The notes: generated by a model not told the origin, from the letters alone. 64,000 nucleotides of DNA from an uncultured delta proteobacterium (GCA_963776345.1 CAVZMH010000016.1:416001-480000); one strand, 5' to 3'; shown: positions 11,179-21,210, counted from the first letter of the stretch. Numbers and translations: made by a program.

Positions 11179-12108
11179 TCAGGCCTTCCCCGGTCGGTCG
11201 CGGAACCAGCCGACGGTGCGCTGGAGCCCCTCCTCGAGCGCCACGGTGGGACACCAGCCGAGCAGCTCGGCGGCGCGCGACGGGTCCACCGAGCTGCGCA
11301 TCTGCTCGCCGGGCTTGGCCGGGGCGTGCTGCGCGGGGCGGTCCGTGCCGGCCGCCCTGGCCAGCAGCGCGTGGAGGCGGTTCAGGTCGGTCTCCACGCC
11401 GGTGCCGATGTTGATCGGCCCCTGCACGTCGCGCTGGGCGGCGAGGAGGTTGGCCCGCGCCACATCCGGCCCGAAGACGAAGTCCCGGGTCTGCTGGCCG
11501 GTACCGTTGACGACGCAGGTCTCTCCCCGGAGCAGCCGCTCGGAGAAGATGGCCACCACCCCGGCCTCGCCGTGGGGATTCTGCCGCGGGCCGTAGACGT
11601 TGGCGTAGCGGAGCGCGACCGAGCCGAGCCCGTACTGCGCCCGGTAGTAGCCGAGGTACAGCTCGCCCGCGGCCTTGGAGACACCGTACGGCGAGACCGG
11701 CCGCGTCGGATGTGACTCGGGCGCCGGGAAGACGTCCTGCTCGCCGTAGATCGCGCCGCCGGTGGAGCTGAAGACCACCTTCCGGACGCCGGACCTCCGC
11801 GCCGCCTCGAGCAGGTTGAGGAACCCTCCGACGTTCACCTCGGCGTCGAGGCGCGGATCGGCCACCGAGCGCCGGACGTCCATCTGCGCCGCCAGGTGGC
11901 ACATCACCTCGAAGCGCTCCGACTCGACCAGCCGGGCCGCCTCGGGCGAGCGGATGTCGGCCACCACCAGCCGCACCTCGGGGCGGAGGTTCTCGCGCCG
12001 CCCGGTGGAGAGGTCGTCCAGGGCCCACACCTCGTGACCGGCGTCGAGGAAGACGTCGGTGACGTGGCTGCCGATGAACCCGGCGCCGCCGGTGACCAGG
12101 ACCTTCAC
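11179..12108 (-). CDS. NAD-dependent epimerase (UDP-glucose 4-epimerase-like SDR)
   Basis: GGAGFIGSH, SSTGGAIYG, YGVSK, RYANVYGPRQNPHGEAGVV. Confidence 0.9.
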   Translation of the reverse strand: MKVLVTGGAGFIGSHVTDVFLDAGHEVWALDDLSTGRRENLRPEVRLVVADIRSPEAARLVESERFEVMCHLAAQMDVRRSVADPRLDAEVNVGGFLNLLEAARRSGVRKVVFSSTGGAIYGEQDVFPAPESHPTRPVSPYGVSKAAGELYLGYYRAQYGLGSVALRYANVYGPRQNPHGEAGVVAIFSERLLRGETCVVNGTGQQTRDFVFGPDVARANLLAAQRDVQGPINIGTGVETDLNRLHALLARAAGTDRPAQHAPAKPGEQMRSSVDPSRAAELLGWCPTVALEEGLQRTVGWFRDRPGKA

Positions 12109-13088
12109 CGCCGTGCGCCCCTGGCCTCGGCGGGGCGGCCCGCGACCCCGGCCAGGCCACGGAAATAGGCGATGGTCTGCCCCAGTCCGTCGGTCAGCCT
12201 GGTGCGCGGCTCCCAGCCCAGCAGCTCCCGCGCCCGGGTGATGTCCGGACGCCGCCGCTGCGGGTCGTCCTTCGGGAGCGGCAGGTGGACAATCCTCCCT
12301 CCGCCCCCGGCAGCCTCGCGGACGGCCTCGGCGAACTGGAGGATGGTCATCTCCTCGGGGTTGCCGAGGTTCACCGGCTCCTGGACGTCGGAGAGCGCCA
12401 GCCGGACGAACCCATCCACCAGGTCCGCCACGTAGCAGAAGCTCCGGGTCTGGCTCCCGTCGCCGAAGACGGTGAAGTCCTCCCCGGCGAGCGCCTGGGC
12501 CACGAAGGCCGGCACCACCCGCCCGTCGTTCAGCCGCATCCGCGGCCCGTAGGTGTTGAAGATGCGGACGATGCGCACCGACATGCCGCGGCTCCGCCGG
12601 TACGCCGACACCAGCGCCTCGCCGTAGCGCTTCGCCTCGTCGTAGACCGAGCGCGGCCCGATGGGGTTCACGTTGCCCCAGTAGGACTCCCGCTGCGGAT
12701 GCTCGAGCGGATCCCCGTACACCTCCGAGGTGGAGGCCTGGAAGAACACCGCTCCCTTGCGGCGAGCCAGCTCTAGGCCGTGCTCGGTGCCGCGCGCGCC
12801 CACCCGCAGCGTCTCCAGCGGCAGCTGCGCGTAGTCGATGGGCGAGGCGGGCGAGGCGAGGTTGAAGACGTGATCCAGCGGGCCGTCCACATCGAACGGC
12901 TCGCAGATGTCTTGCACCACGTGCCGGAAGCGCGGGTTGGCGCGGATCTCGCGGAGGTTGGCCTCCGAGCCGGTGAGGAGGTTGTCGACCGAGACCACCG
13001 AGGCCGCACCGTCATGGAGCAGCCGCTCGCAGAGGTGAGATCCCAGGAAGCCGGCGCCTCCCAGCACCGCCACGTGCTTTCCGTGCAT
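12105..13088 (-). CDS. UDP-glucuronate decarboxylase family protein
   Basis: GGAGFLGSHL, LASPASP, ASTSEVYGDP, YDEAKR, RIFNTYGPRM. Confidence 0.9.
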   Translation of the reverse strand: MHGKHVAVLGGAGFLGSHLCERLLHDGAASVVSVDNLLTGSEANLREIRANPRFRHVVQDICEPFDVDGPLDHVFNLASPASPIDYAQLPLETLRVGARGTEHGLELARRKGAVFFQASTSEVYGDPLEHPQRESYWGNVNPIGPRSVYDEAKRYGEALVSAYRRSRGMSVRIVRIFNTYGPRMRLNDGRVVPAFVAQALAGEDFTVFGDGSQTRSFCYVADLVDGFVRLALSDVQEPVNLGNPEEMTILQFAEAVREAAGGGGRIVHLPLPKDDPQRRRPDITRARELLGWEPRTRLTDGLGQTIAYFRGLAGVAGRPAEARGARR

Positions 13089-13104
13089 GCCGTCCAAGGT
13101 GTGC

Positions 13105-13284
13105 CTACAGGTCCTCGAAGCTCGCCTGGCCGGGAAGATTGGACCGGTACTTCTCCAGGACGAGGTCGATGCCCTGCCGGATGTACTCCGCCACCGGGAC
13201 CTTGGTCTTCTCGTTCAGGAGCTTGAGCTGCGCGTTCTGCTCCGGGGTGATGTAGATCGTGGTGGACAGCTTCTTCCTGGGCAT
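13105..13284 (-). CDS. Small ribbon-helix-helix DNA-binding protein
   Basis: MPRKKLSTTIYITPEQ..LKLL...KVPVAEYIRQGIDLVLEKY has a beta-alpha-alpha RHH pattern. Confidence 0.75.
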   Translation of the reverse strand: MPRKKLSTTIYITPEQNAQLKLLNEKTKVPVAEYIRQGIDLVLEKYRSNLPGQASFEDL

Positions 13285-13382
13285 GGCCACGGATGAACCT
13301 ACATGAAGGGTCATCCCCCGGCCATCGGCGGAGGGATGTGGACCTTTCGCCAGGGTCAGCCGTTCGGAGACAATGCATGTCC

Positions 13383-13997
13383 ATGAAAACGCTGGGATGC
13401 GTCCTGCTCGCGGGGGCTGTGCTGCTGGCGGCCGGGTGTGCCGGCCAGAAGGCGGTGGTCGCGCCGGCCGGCCAGAGCTCGGCCATCGGCACCGACATCC
13501 ACCAGCCCGTGGGCGAGGAGCACGTCCAGACCTTCGACCTGCACCGCACGGGAAAGCCCGACGTCTGGGTCTACTCCGTGACCACCCAGGACAGCACGGG
13601 CCGCTCGGTGGAGCGTCGGGTCCGCCAGGAGGCCGACCTGAACGGGGACGGCAAGGTGGACATCGTCTACTACTTCGACGCCGAGGGTCAGAAGACGAAG
13701 GAGACGATGGACCTCGACTACGACGGCAAGGTCGACGACACGCTCTACTTCGAGAAGGGCAAGAAGGTCCGCTCGGAGAAGGACCTCGACGGCGACGGCC
13801 GGGTCGACACCTGGAACTACTACGACGGCAACGAGAAGCTGGTCCGCAAGGAGCGGGACGTGAAGGGGAGCGGCAAGGTCGACTACTGGGAGTACTGGGA
13901 GAACGGCGCCATCGACCGGATCGGCGAGGACCTGGACGGCGACGGCCAGGTGGATCGCTGGACCAAGGGCGCCGACGCGGCGACCGCGGGCAAGTGA
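13383..13997 (+). CDS. Lipoprotein with tandem DxDxDG (Ca-binding-like) repeats
   Basis: Lipobox LAAGC; repeats DLNGDGKVD, DLDYDGKVD, DLDGDGRVD, DLDGDGQVD. Confidence 0.8.
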   Translation: MKTLGCVLLAGAVLLAAGCAGQKAVVAPAGQSSAIGTDIHQPVGEEHVQTFDLHRTGKPDVWVYSVTTQDSTGRSVERRVRQEADLNGDGKVDIVYYFDAEGQKTKETMDLDYDGKVDDTLYFEKGKKVRSEKDLDGDGRVDTWNYYDGNEKLVRKERDVKGSGKVDYWEYWENGAIDRIGEDLDGDGQVDRWTKGADAATAGK

Positions 13998-14021
13998 GCG
14001 GGGCCCGCCACCCAGGGACTC

Positions 14022-14182
14022 ACAGCGGAGACCAGGCTGGTCGGTCCGAGGATCGCGCTGAAATCGCGGCCGAGGCCTAGGAGCGAGGAGGGAGCGGGGC
14101 TCGGGTCCCGTGACCGACGAGCGACGACGGGATCGGACGCGAGGGCAAGCGAGGACCGATCGACCAGCCTGGTTTCCGCTGT
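14022..14182. mobile_element. MITE-like intergenic element with terminal inverted repeats
   Basis: Left end ACAGCGGAGACCAGGCTGGTCG; right end CGACCAGCCTGGTTTCCGCTGT (reverse complement, 1 mismatch in 22); lies between convergent genes. Confidence 0.6.
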
Positions 14183-14544
14183 CAGGGCTTCGACGTCCCG
14201 GCCCGGCCGTACGAGTCCTCGAGTCGGACCACGTCGTCCAGCTCGGGAGTGCTGACCTCGAGCACGTCGCAGTCGGTGAGCGCCACCATCCGGTGCTTCA
14301 TCAGCGGCTTCACGTGGTAGCTCTCGCCGGGCTTCAGCTCGCGCTCGATCAACCCCGCTCCCTCGTCCACCACGAACAGGAGCCGTCCGTTCTGGACGTG
14401 GATCGTCTCGTCCTTCTTCTGGTGGTACTGGAGCGAGAGCTTGTGGCCCTGGGTGATGTGCAGCAGCTTGCCCACGTACCGATCGGTGTGCGCCCAGATC
14501 AGCTCGTAGCCCCAGGGCTTCTCCACCCGTCGTGTCGTGCTCAT
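14182..14544 (-). CDS. Cupin domain protein (mannose-6-phosphate isomerase type II-like)
   Basis: VEKPWGYE, LSLQYHQKKDE, HRM, EVSTPELDDVVRLED. Confidence 0.85.
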   Translation of the reverse strand: MSTTRRVEKPWGYELIWAHTDRYVGKLLHITQGHKLSLQYHQKKDETIHVQNGRLLFVVDEGAGLIERELKPGESYHVKPLMKHRMVALTDCDVLEVSTPELDDVVRLEDSYGRAGTSKP

Positions 14545-14556
14545 CGCTCTTGTCGC

Positions 14557-15384
14557 TCACCTGGTCGACGCGACGAAGGCCTCCGCCTGCGTCTCGCGCT
14601 TGAAGTCCTGGAGGTAACGGGTGGCGGCATCCTTGGTGGGGAAGCTCCCCATCCGCACCCGGTACCAGGTCCCCTTCCCGGGAACCTCCGCGGCCACGAT
14701 GTACGGCGCGTAGCCCTTCTCGCGCAAGCGGCTTGCCTGGCGCTCGGCGTCGTCCCGGCTGGGACTGGCTCCGAGCTGCAGGGTGAAGGCTCCGGTCGCG
14801 CTGGTCGCCTCGGGGACCTTGGGCGCGGGGTGAGCGGCGGCGGCGGGAGCGGTCCGGGTCGCCACCGACTCCGGGCGGGCCTGGGTCGACGGCGAGGCGG
14901 GCTCGGACTTCACCTCGGGCTTCTTCTCGGGCTCGGCCTTCTTCGCGACCTCGGGCTTGCGGTCCGAGGGCTTCGGGTCGACCGCGGCGGCGCGCGGCGG
15001 CGGGGCCGGCTTGCTCGCGGCAGGCGGGGCGGCGGCGGACGGAGCGCTCGCAGCTGGAGTCGAGCCGGACGACGTCGCGGGAGCGGACGGAGCCGGAGCG
15101 CGCGCCATCGTCGGAGCGGCCGGCGTGGGCTTGGTCAGCTCCTCCTGGAAGGTCAGCGGGGGCGCGGCACGGGCTCGCTCCAGCGCGTCGGACTTGTGGT
15201 CGAGCGCGGTCAGCAGATCCGGCGCGCGGTCGCTGCGCGGCGTCCCGGCGAGCTTCTTGCCCACCAGCACCCCGAGAACGAAGACCGCGCCAAGCACCAC
15301 GATGCCGCCGATCAGCAGGCTGACCACCTGCCGGCTGTCCAGCGACAGGTCGTACTTCTCCCGCATCCGGTGGGCGTCGCGCAT
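14557..15384 (-). CDS. SPOR domain cell-division protein (FtsN/DedD-like)
   Basis: Single TM, Pro/Ala-rich linker, C-terminal FTLQLGA...WYRVRMGSF SPOR domain. Confidence 0.85.
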   Translation of the reverse strand: MRDAHRMREKYDLSLDSRQVVSLLIGGIVVLGAVFVLGVLVGKKLAGTPRSDRAPDLLTALDHKSDALERARAAPPLTFQEELTKPTPAAPTMARAPAPSAPATSSGSTPAASAPSAAAPPAASKPAPPPRAAAVDPKPSDRKPEVAKKAEPEKKPEVKSEPASPSTQARPESVATRTAPAAAAHPAPKVPEATSATGAFTLQLGASPSRDDAERQASRLREKGYAPYIVAAEVPGKGTWYRVRMGSFPTKDAATRYLQDFKRETQAEAFVASTR

Positions 15385-15400
15385 CAAGACATCGAGAGGA

Positions 15401-16579
15401 TTACGCCCGGCTCCGGAGGGGGTCAAATTCCCCGGTGGTGGTTCCTCGCTCCCGGGCGAGCGCATTCCACGCGCCACAGCCCGGGCAGCGGAAGTCGAAG
15501 GTGCGGAAACGCGCGCGGCAGCTGCTGCAGCGGAAGGCGAGGAGCGGGTCGCCCAGCCGGCGCAGCACCTCGCGGTACTCGGCGCGCACCGAGTCCAGCT
15601 GCCCGGTGGAGAGGATCAGCTCCCCGAGCGCGCGCCGGGCCTCCACCGAGCGCGGCGTCCGCGCCACCGCCGCCTGCAGCACGCCGACCGCCTCCTGCTG
15701 CTGGCCGGCGTCGATCAGCGCCTGGGCCCGGACCAGCGACACCGGGAGCGCGCGCTCGCCGAGCGGCTCCTCCAGCTCGCCGAGCCACCGCGCACACTCC
15801 TCGGCGCTCGCCCCCGCCTCCATCGCCAGCCGGAAGCCCTCGGCGGCGGTCTCGGGCTCCCGCGCCACCGCCTCCTGCGCCGCGGACCGCGCGCCCGGCG
15901 CATCGCCCGAGGCGAGCCGGGCCCGGGAAAGCGCGAGCAGCCCGTGCTCGCCGTCCGGAACCAGCGAGGTGGCACGCTCGGCCAGCGCCAGCGCCCGGGC
16001 AGGGTCCGCCGCGGCGGCGGCCAGCGACTGCTCGGCCAGGAGGTGCGCCAGGACGTCCTCGCCGCTCCCCCCCTCCGCGACGAGCAGCTCCTGGATCTCC
16101 ACCGCGCGTGCCCAGTCGCGGCTCTCCTCCAAGAACCGGCGGAACGCCGCCAGCGCCTCGGGCTGGAGCGGCGGATCGGCCACCAGCGCCTCGAAGGTCT
16201 CGCGGGCCCGGTCCTGCATCCCGGCGCGCCGGTAGTCGAGCGCCAGCTCCAGGCGGGCCCGCCGCCGCACGTCCGGCTGCAGCTGGGGCTTGAGCAGCAT
16301 GTTCTGGCCGAGGCGGATGGCCCAGGCCAGCTCGCCCTTGCGCCGCATCAGCGCCGCCAGGGCGAAGTAGGTCTCGGTGGTGCCGGTGTTGAGCTGCGCG
16401 GCGCGGGACAGCTCGGCGATGGCGGCGTCCGGCTCGTCCGAGAGCACGTAGCGCACGCCCGCCAGGTACGCCCGGCTCGCGTCCTCGGTGTTCCGCTTGC
16501 GCGAGAGCGCGGCGAGCAGCGCCAGCACCGCCACCACCGCGGTGGCCGCGAGCACGGGAACGAGCAGAGCGGGGTCCAT
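15401..16579 (-). CDS. lapB: Lipopolysaccharide assembly protein B-like (TPR plus C-terminal rubredoxin-type metal site)
   Basis: N-terminal TM, YLAGVRYVLSDEPDAAI, TPRs, FRCSSC...CPGCGAW. Confidence 0.8.
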   Translation of the reverse strand: MDPALLVPVLAATAVVAVLALLAALSRKRNTEDASRAYLAGVRYVLSDEPDAAIAELSRAAQLNTGTTETYFALAALMRRKGELAWAIRLGQNMLLKPQLQPDVRRRARLELALDYRRAGMQDRARETFEALVADPPLQPEALAAFRRFLEESRDWARAVEIQELLVAEGGSGEDVLAHLLAEQSLAAAAADPARALALAERATSLVPDGEHGLLALSRARLASGDAPGARSAAQEAVAREPETAAEGFRLAMEAGASAEECARWLGELEEPLGERALPVSLVRAQALIDAGQQQEAVGVLQAAVARTPRSVEARRALGELILSTGQLDSVRAEYREVLRRLGDPLLAFRCSSCRARFRTFDFRCPGCGAWNALARERGTTTGEFDPLRSRA

Positions 16580-16594
16580 GGGCGACGCCCTGTC

Positions 16595-17098
16595 TCAAGG
16601 GCCGGAGAGCGCGGCCTCGAAGCGCGGGTGGAGCGCGTCCCAGCTCTGGTGCAGCGTCTCGATCATCACCTTGGACTCGGCCACCACGGGCATGAAGTTG
16701 GTGTCTCCTCGCCAGCGGGGGACGAGGTGCCAGTGGAGGTGGCCCTCGATTCCAGCCCCCGAGTCACGGCCGAGGTTCATGCCCAGGTTGGCCCCGCCGG
16801 GCCGGTACACCTCGCCGACGACGCGCACCGAGAGCTGCAGCAGACGCTGGAGGTCGTCGAGCTCCTCGGTGCCGAGCCCGGCGTAGTCGGCGGTGTGGCG
16901 CCGCGGCACCACCATGAGGTGCCCGTTGTTGTACGGGAAGCGGTTGAGGATGGCGAAGCTCCGGGCCGTCCGCCCGAGGACGAGGTTCTTCCGGTCGGCG
17001 TCGCGGCCGCTCTCGGCGGGGAAGCGGCAGAAGATGCACCCCTCCTCCTTGGGCGCGTCGATGAACTCGCGCCGCCAGGGAGCCCAGAGGTGGTCCAT
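16595..17098 (-). CDS. HIT-family nucleotide hydrolase/phosphorylase
   Basis: LWAPWR, CIFC, LNRFPYNNGHLMVVP, HLHWHLVPRW. Confidence 0.92.
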   Translation of the reverse strand: MDHLWAPWRREFIDAPKEEGCIFCRFPAESGRDADRKNLVLGRTARSFAILNRFPYNNGHLMVVPRRHTADYAGLGTEELDDLQRLLQLSVRVVGEVYRPGGANLGMNLGRDSGAGIEGHLHWHLVPRWRGDTNFMPVVAESKVMIETLHQSWDALHPRFEAALSGP

Positions 17099-18027
17099 CA
17101 GGGCTCTCCCGTGCCCGGGGACGACATCAGGAGCCTGGGCCCCGGCGCGGAGAGCACCTCGCCGACCCGGACGGACAGCGCGTGCACCAGCGACTGCGCC
17201 TCTTCACCGAACATGGCGCGGAAGAGCGGCCGGTCCTTGGTGGGGTACTCGATGCGGGGCTCGCCACGGATGCCGCCGAGCTTCCCGGCCTCGCGCACCG
17301 CGTCCTGGAGCCCGCCGAGCTCGTCGACCAGCTTGAGCTCCTTCGCCTTCCGCCCGGTGAAGACCCGCCCGTCGGCGACCTTGCGGACCTCCTCCTCGGG
17401 GAGCTTCCGCGACTCGGCGACCGCGCCGATGAACTGGGCGTGCACGTCGTCGAGCATGGCCTGGAAGTACGACCGCTCCTCCGAGCTCATGTCGCGGAAC
17501 GGGCTGCCCGCGTCCTTCAGCTTCCCGGCGGTGATGGTGCGCATGTCCACCCCGGCCCACTTGAGGAAGCCGGAGACGTTGGGGAACTCGGAGATGACAC
17601 CGATGCTGCCGGTGAGCGTGCCCGGGTTGGCGAAGATCTTCTCGCCGCCCATGGCGATGTAGAAGCCGCCGGACGCAGCGATGGAGCCCATGCTGGCGAG
17701 GACGTGCTTCTTCTTCTGGAGCCGCCGCATCGCCTCGAAGATCTCCTGCGAGGGCCCCACCGCTCCGCCGGGGCTGTCGATCCGGACGACGATGGCGCGG
17801 ATGCGCGAATCCTCGGCGAACTCGCGCAGCTCCTTGAGGGTGGTCTTCTCGTCGGCGATGACGCCGGTGACCTCCACCACCCCCACCCGTTCACCCCCGG
17901 CGCGGGCCATCACGTTCCCGCCCCTTCCCCCCTGGACGGCGATCCAGGCCAGGGCCATGAAGACGAAGAGACAGAGGAAGAGGCCTCCGAAGACGAGGCC
18001 GAGGATCCAGGCAGCGCGTCGGTCCAT
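17098..18027 (-). CDS. sppA: Signal peptide peptidase SppA (36K type)
   Basis: RIDSPGG, AASGGFYIA, TGSIGV, DGRVFTG. Confidence 0.93.
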   Translation of the reverse strand: MDRRAAWILGLVFGGLFLCLFVFMALAWIAVQGGRGGNVMARAGGERVGVVEVTGVIADEKTTLKELREFAEDSRIRAIVVRIDSPGGAVGPSQEIFEAMRRLQKKKHVLASMGSIAASGGFYIAMGGEKIFANPGTLTGSIGVISEFPNVSGFLKWAGVDMRTITAGKLKDAGSPFRDMSSEERSYFQAMLDDVHAQFIGAVAESRKLPEEEVRKVADGRVFTGRKAKELKLVDELGGLQDAVREAGKLGGIRGEPRIEYPTKDRPLFRAMFGEEAQSLVHALSVRVGEVLSAPGPRLLMSSPGTGEP

Positions 18028-18040
18028 GGCTCCGTCGCTT

Positions 18041-19087
18041 CTAGCCGATCCACCCGCCGCCGAGCACCTCGTCGCCTCGATAGAACACCGCCGCCTGTCC
18101 GGGAGTGACCGCGCGGACCGGTTCCTCGGTGCGCACGGTGAGCCGGGCGCGATCGGCCTCCACCACCCGGGCCGGGGTGCCGGCGTGACGGTGGCGGATG
18201 CGGACCTGCACCCGCTCCTCCGACGAGGGCGTGCCCTGGATCCAGGAGGGCTGGAGGACGGTGAACTCCGAGCGCTCGAGCCCGCTCGCCGGGCCGACCA
18301 CCACCGCCCCGGCGCCGGCGTCGATGCGCTGGACATACAGGGGCTCGGCCGAGGCGACCCCCAGCCCGCGGCGCTGGCCCACGGTGAAGCGGTGGATACC
18401 GGCGTGCCGCGCCAGCACCTCGCCCCGGCCGTCCACCACGGTTCCGGCGGGCTGCGGACCGGCCACCCGCTCGACGAAGCCGGCGTAGTCGCCGTCCGGG
18501 ACGAAGCAGATCTCCATGCTCTCCGGCTTCTCGCTGGTGGGGAGGCCGTGGCGCTGGGCGAGGGCGCGGACCTCGGGCTTGGTGAGGCCGCCGACGGGGA
18601 ACTCGATCTGCGCGAGCGCCTCCTGGCCGAGGGTGAAGAGGAAGTAGCTCTGGTCCTTGGAGGCGTCGGCGGCGCGGAGCAGGCGGTGCCTGCCGTCGGT
18701 CCGCTCGATGCGGGCGTAATGGCCGGTGGCGAGCCGGGCCCCGAGCGCGCGCGCCTTCGCGAGGAGGAAGTCGAACTTCACGTCCCGGTTGCAGGCCACG
18801 CAGGGCACCGGCGTCTTCCCGTCGAGGTACGACTGGACGAACGGCTGGACCACGCGGTGCTTGAAGAGCTCCTCGGCGTCGGCGACGTAGAACGGGATGC
18901 CGAGCTTCGTGGCGACGGCGCGGGCGTCGTCGATGTCGTCCGGGCTGCAGCAGCTCCCGCACCGGGCGGCGCCCTCGTAGGACCAGACGCGCAGGGTGAT
19001 GCCCAGGACCTCGTGTCCCTGCTCGACCAGCAGCGCGGCGGCGGCCGACGAATCGACCCCGCCGCTCATGGCGACGACCACCCGCAT
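18041..19087 (-). CDS. mnmA: tRNA 2-thiouridylase
   Basis: AMSGGVDSS, PCVACN, ATGHYA, KDQSYFL, ICF, TVGQRRGL, TPGQAAVFY. Confidence 0.96.
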   Translation of the reverse strand: MRVVVAMSGGVDSSAAAALLVEQGHEVLGITLRVWSYEGAARCGSCCSPDDIDDARAVATKLGIPFYVADAEELFKHRVVQPFVQSYLDGKTPVPCVACNRDVKFDFLLAKARALGARLATGHYARIERTDGRHRLLRAADASKDQSYFLFTLGQEALAQIEFPVGGLTKPEVRALAQRHGLPTSEKPESMEICFVPDGDYAGFVERVAGPQPAGTVVDGRGEVLARHAGIHRFTVGQRRGLGVASAEPLYVQRIDAGAGAVVVGPASGLERSEFTVLQPSWIQGTPSSEERVQVRIRHRHAGTPARVVEADRARLTVRTEEPVRAVTPGQAAVFYRGDEVLGGGWIG

Positions 19088-19113
19088 GAGAGGCCCCTCT
19101 GGTAACACAGGGC

Positions 19114-20349
19114 TCACCGGCTCGGCGACCCGCGCTCGCGAAGCAGCGTCTCGAGCGCGTCGGGCGTGTTCAGCTCAGGTCGCTCGAGGACCGCGTCCAG
19201 GAGAAACCGTGTGGCGTCCCCCACCACTGGAGAGGGACCCACCCCCAGCGCCCGCATGATCGCTGCCCCGTCGAGCGCGAGGTCCTTCGCCGAGAGCGGG
19301 GGCCGCGCGGCGACGATCCTGTCGATCCGTTCGCCGAGCGTGCCGTCCGGATCGGCCCCGGTCGCGGCTGCCAGCGCGCGCGCCAGCTCCCACCGCTCGG
19401 GCCCCAGCCGCACCAGCCACCGCCGCAGCTCCCCATCCGTCCACGGCGAGGCCTCCGCCGGGAGGGGATGGGCGAGGAGCGCCCGCACCGTCTCCACCCC
19501 CTTGCCCGGCAGCCGGAGCCGGTCGAGCGCGCTCGCCGCCTCCGGCACCCCGACCAGGAGCGCGGCGAGACGCACCTCGAGCACCGGTGCGGAGCGGCCG
19601 ACCTGCGCGTTCCGCTCCGCATCGCCGCCTGCCACCAGCTCGGGCAGCAGCCGGTCCATCAGCCCGGTCCGGCGCAGCAGCTCGAGGCCCCGGACCGCCC
19701 CGGGCGCGAGGAGCAGCTTGAGGAACTCGTCCCGCCGCCGCTCCAGGGCGACCTTGTCGAACACCCCGAGCGCGCCGGGGATGGCGGCCTCGGTCTCGGG
19801 CTCCAGCTCGAAATCGAGCACCGTGGCGAACCGCACCGCGCGCAGCGGCCGCAGCCCGTCCTCGCCGAACCGCTCGGCCGCGACGCCGACGCAACGAACT
19901 CGACGCAGGTGCAAGTCTTGCTGCCCGCCGAACGGATCCCGGAACCGGCCACCCACCGGATCGAACGCCAGCGCGTTGATGGTGAAGTCCCGCCGCGCGA
20001 GATCCTCCACCAGGTCCCTCCGGAACTCGACCGCGCCCGGACGCCGCCCGTCGAGGTAGGCGCTCTCGACCCGGAAGGTGGTGACCTCCACGTGCCCCTC
20101 GGGGATGAGCACGGTCACGGTGCCGTGGGCGATGCCTGTCGGCACCACCCGCCGGAACAGCGCCGTCACCTCCTGAGGCAGCGCCTGGGTGGCGATGTCC
20201 CAGTCCTTCGGGTGCTGTCCCCGCAGCAGGTCACGCACTCCGCCGCCCACCAGCCAGGCCTCGTGCCCCGCCGTCTGCAGGCGCTCGAGCAGCGACCGCA
20301 CCCCCGCGGGGATGACCGCTTGCGCCAGGAGCTCGGGGAGGGGCTGCAT
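19114..20349 (-). CDS. cca: CCA tRNA nucleotidyltransferase (class II, no HD domain)
   Basis: VGGGVRD, KDWDIAT, loop ESAYLDGRRP, RRDFTINA, EDGLR. Confidence 0.85.
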   Translation of the reverse strand: MQPLPELLAQAVIPAGVRSLLERLQTAGHEAWLVGGGVRDLLRGQHPKDWDIATQALPQEVTALFRRVVPTGIAHGTVTVLIPEGHVEVTTFRVESAYLDGRRPGAVEFRRDLVEDLARRDFTINALAFDPVGGRFRDPFGGQQDLHLRRVRCVGVAAERFGEDGLRPLRAVRFATVLDFELEPETEAAIPGALGVFDKVALERRRDEFLKLLLAPGAVRGLELLRRTGLMDRLLPELVAGGDAERNAQVGRSAPVLEVRLAALLVGVPEAASALDRLRLPGKGVETVRALLAHPLPAEASPWTDGELRRWLVRLGPERWELARALAAATGADPDGTLGERIDRIVAARPPLSAKDLALDGAAIMRALGVGPSPVVGDATRFLLDAVLERPELNTPDALETLLRERGSPSR

Positions 20350-20437
20350 CGGCCGACCAGCCTGCCACGCCCGGCGACCGCCGCGAATGTCGACCCCACC
20401 CGCGCCTGCCGCCCCGCCGCGTCCGGGGGCGAGCCGA

Positions 20438-21031
20438 TCAGCGCGAGCTGCCCTTGCTCCCGCCGGAGTCGACCACCTTGCCCGTCCCGTTCAGGCGGGC
20501 GATGAGGCCGTCCATCCCTTCCTTCTTGATGATCCGGTTGAAGCTGGCCCGGTAATTCTCCACCGTCGAGACGTCGTCCACGACGATGTCCACGATGCGC
20601 CAGCTCCCGCCCGCCTCCCGCATCCGGTAGTCGACCTTGGTGGGCTCGCCCTTCACCGTCACCTCGGTGGGCACCAGGGTGTCGTCGCCCTCCGGCTTCT
20701 CGGGGTAGTACTTCACCTCGGTGGACCGGTACTGATCGAGCTGCTCACCGGTGGCCTTGCGGAACCGGCCCACGAAGGCGTCGAGGAACTTCTTCCGCTT
20801 CGCCGACGGCGTCCCGTCCCAGGTCTTGCCGAGGGCGGACTTCGCCATCCCCTCGAGGTCCACCGCCTTGGTGACGATGCCCTCCAGCTTCTTGCGCGTC
20901 GCGGGCGTGGGCTCGGTGCCCTGCTTGGGGAGGGCCGCGCGGATCTCCGCGTCGCGCGCCTTCAGCGCCTCGGTGGCGGTCTCCGCCTGGGCGGTGGCGG
21001 CCAGCAACAAGGTCAGGGCGAGGGCACGCAC
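20438..21031 (-). CDS. mlaC: MlaC/Ttg2D-family periplasmic phospholipid-binding protein
   Basis: Signal peptide; MAKSALGKTW, VDYRM, WRIVDIVVDDVSTVENYRASF. Confidence 0.85.
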   Translation of the reverse strand: MRALALTLLLAATAQAETATEALKARDAEIRAALPKQGTEPTPATRKKLEGIVTKAVDLEGMAKSALGKTWDGTPSAKRKKFLDAFVGRFRKATGEQLDQYRSTEVKYYPEKPEGDDTLVPTEVTVKGEPTKVDYRMREAGGSWRIVDIVVDDVSTVENYRASFNRIIKKEGMDGLIARLNGTGKVVDSGGSKGSSR

Positions 21032-21210
21032 GGTGGCTTTCGGTCTCCGCGGTCGGGGGCTTCGGGGCGAGTGCCCGAGTCGTCCAGTCCGACGGGTGAG
21101 GAGCGTGAGAAATGCAACGGGTCGGGGACTGGAGCCGAGTTCTCCAGTATTCCGCGCCATTCAGCCGGTTGCACGGGTCAATCGACCCGGGGGGACGACT
21201 GCCGAGCGAG

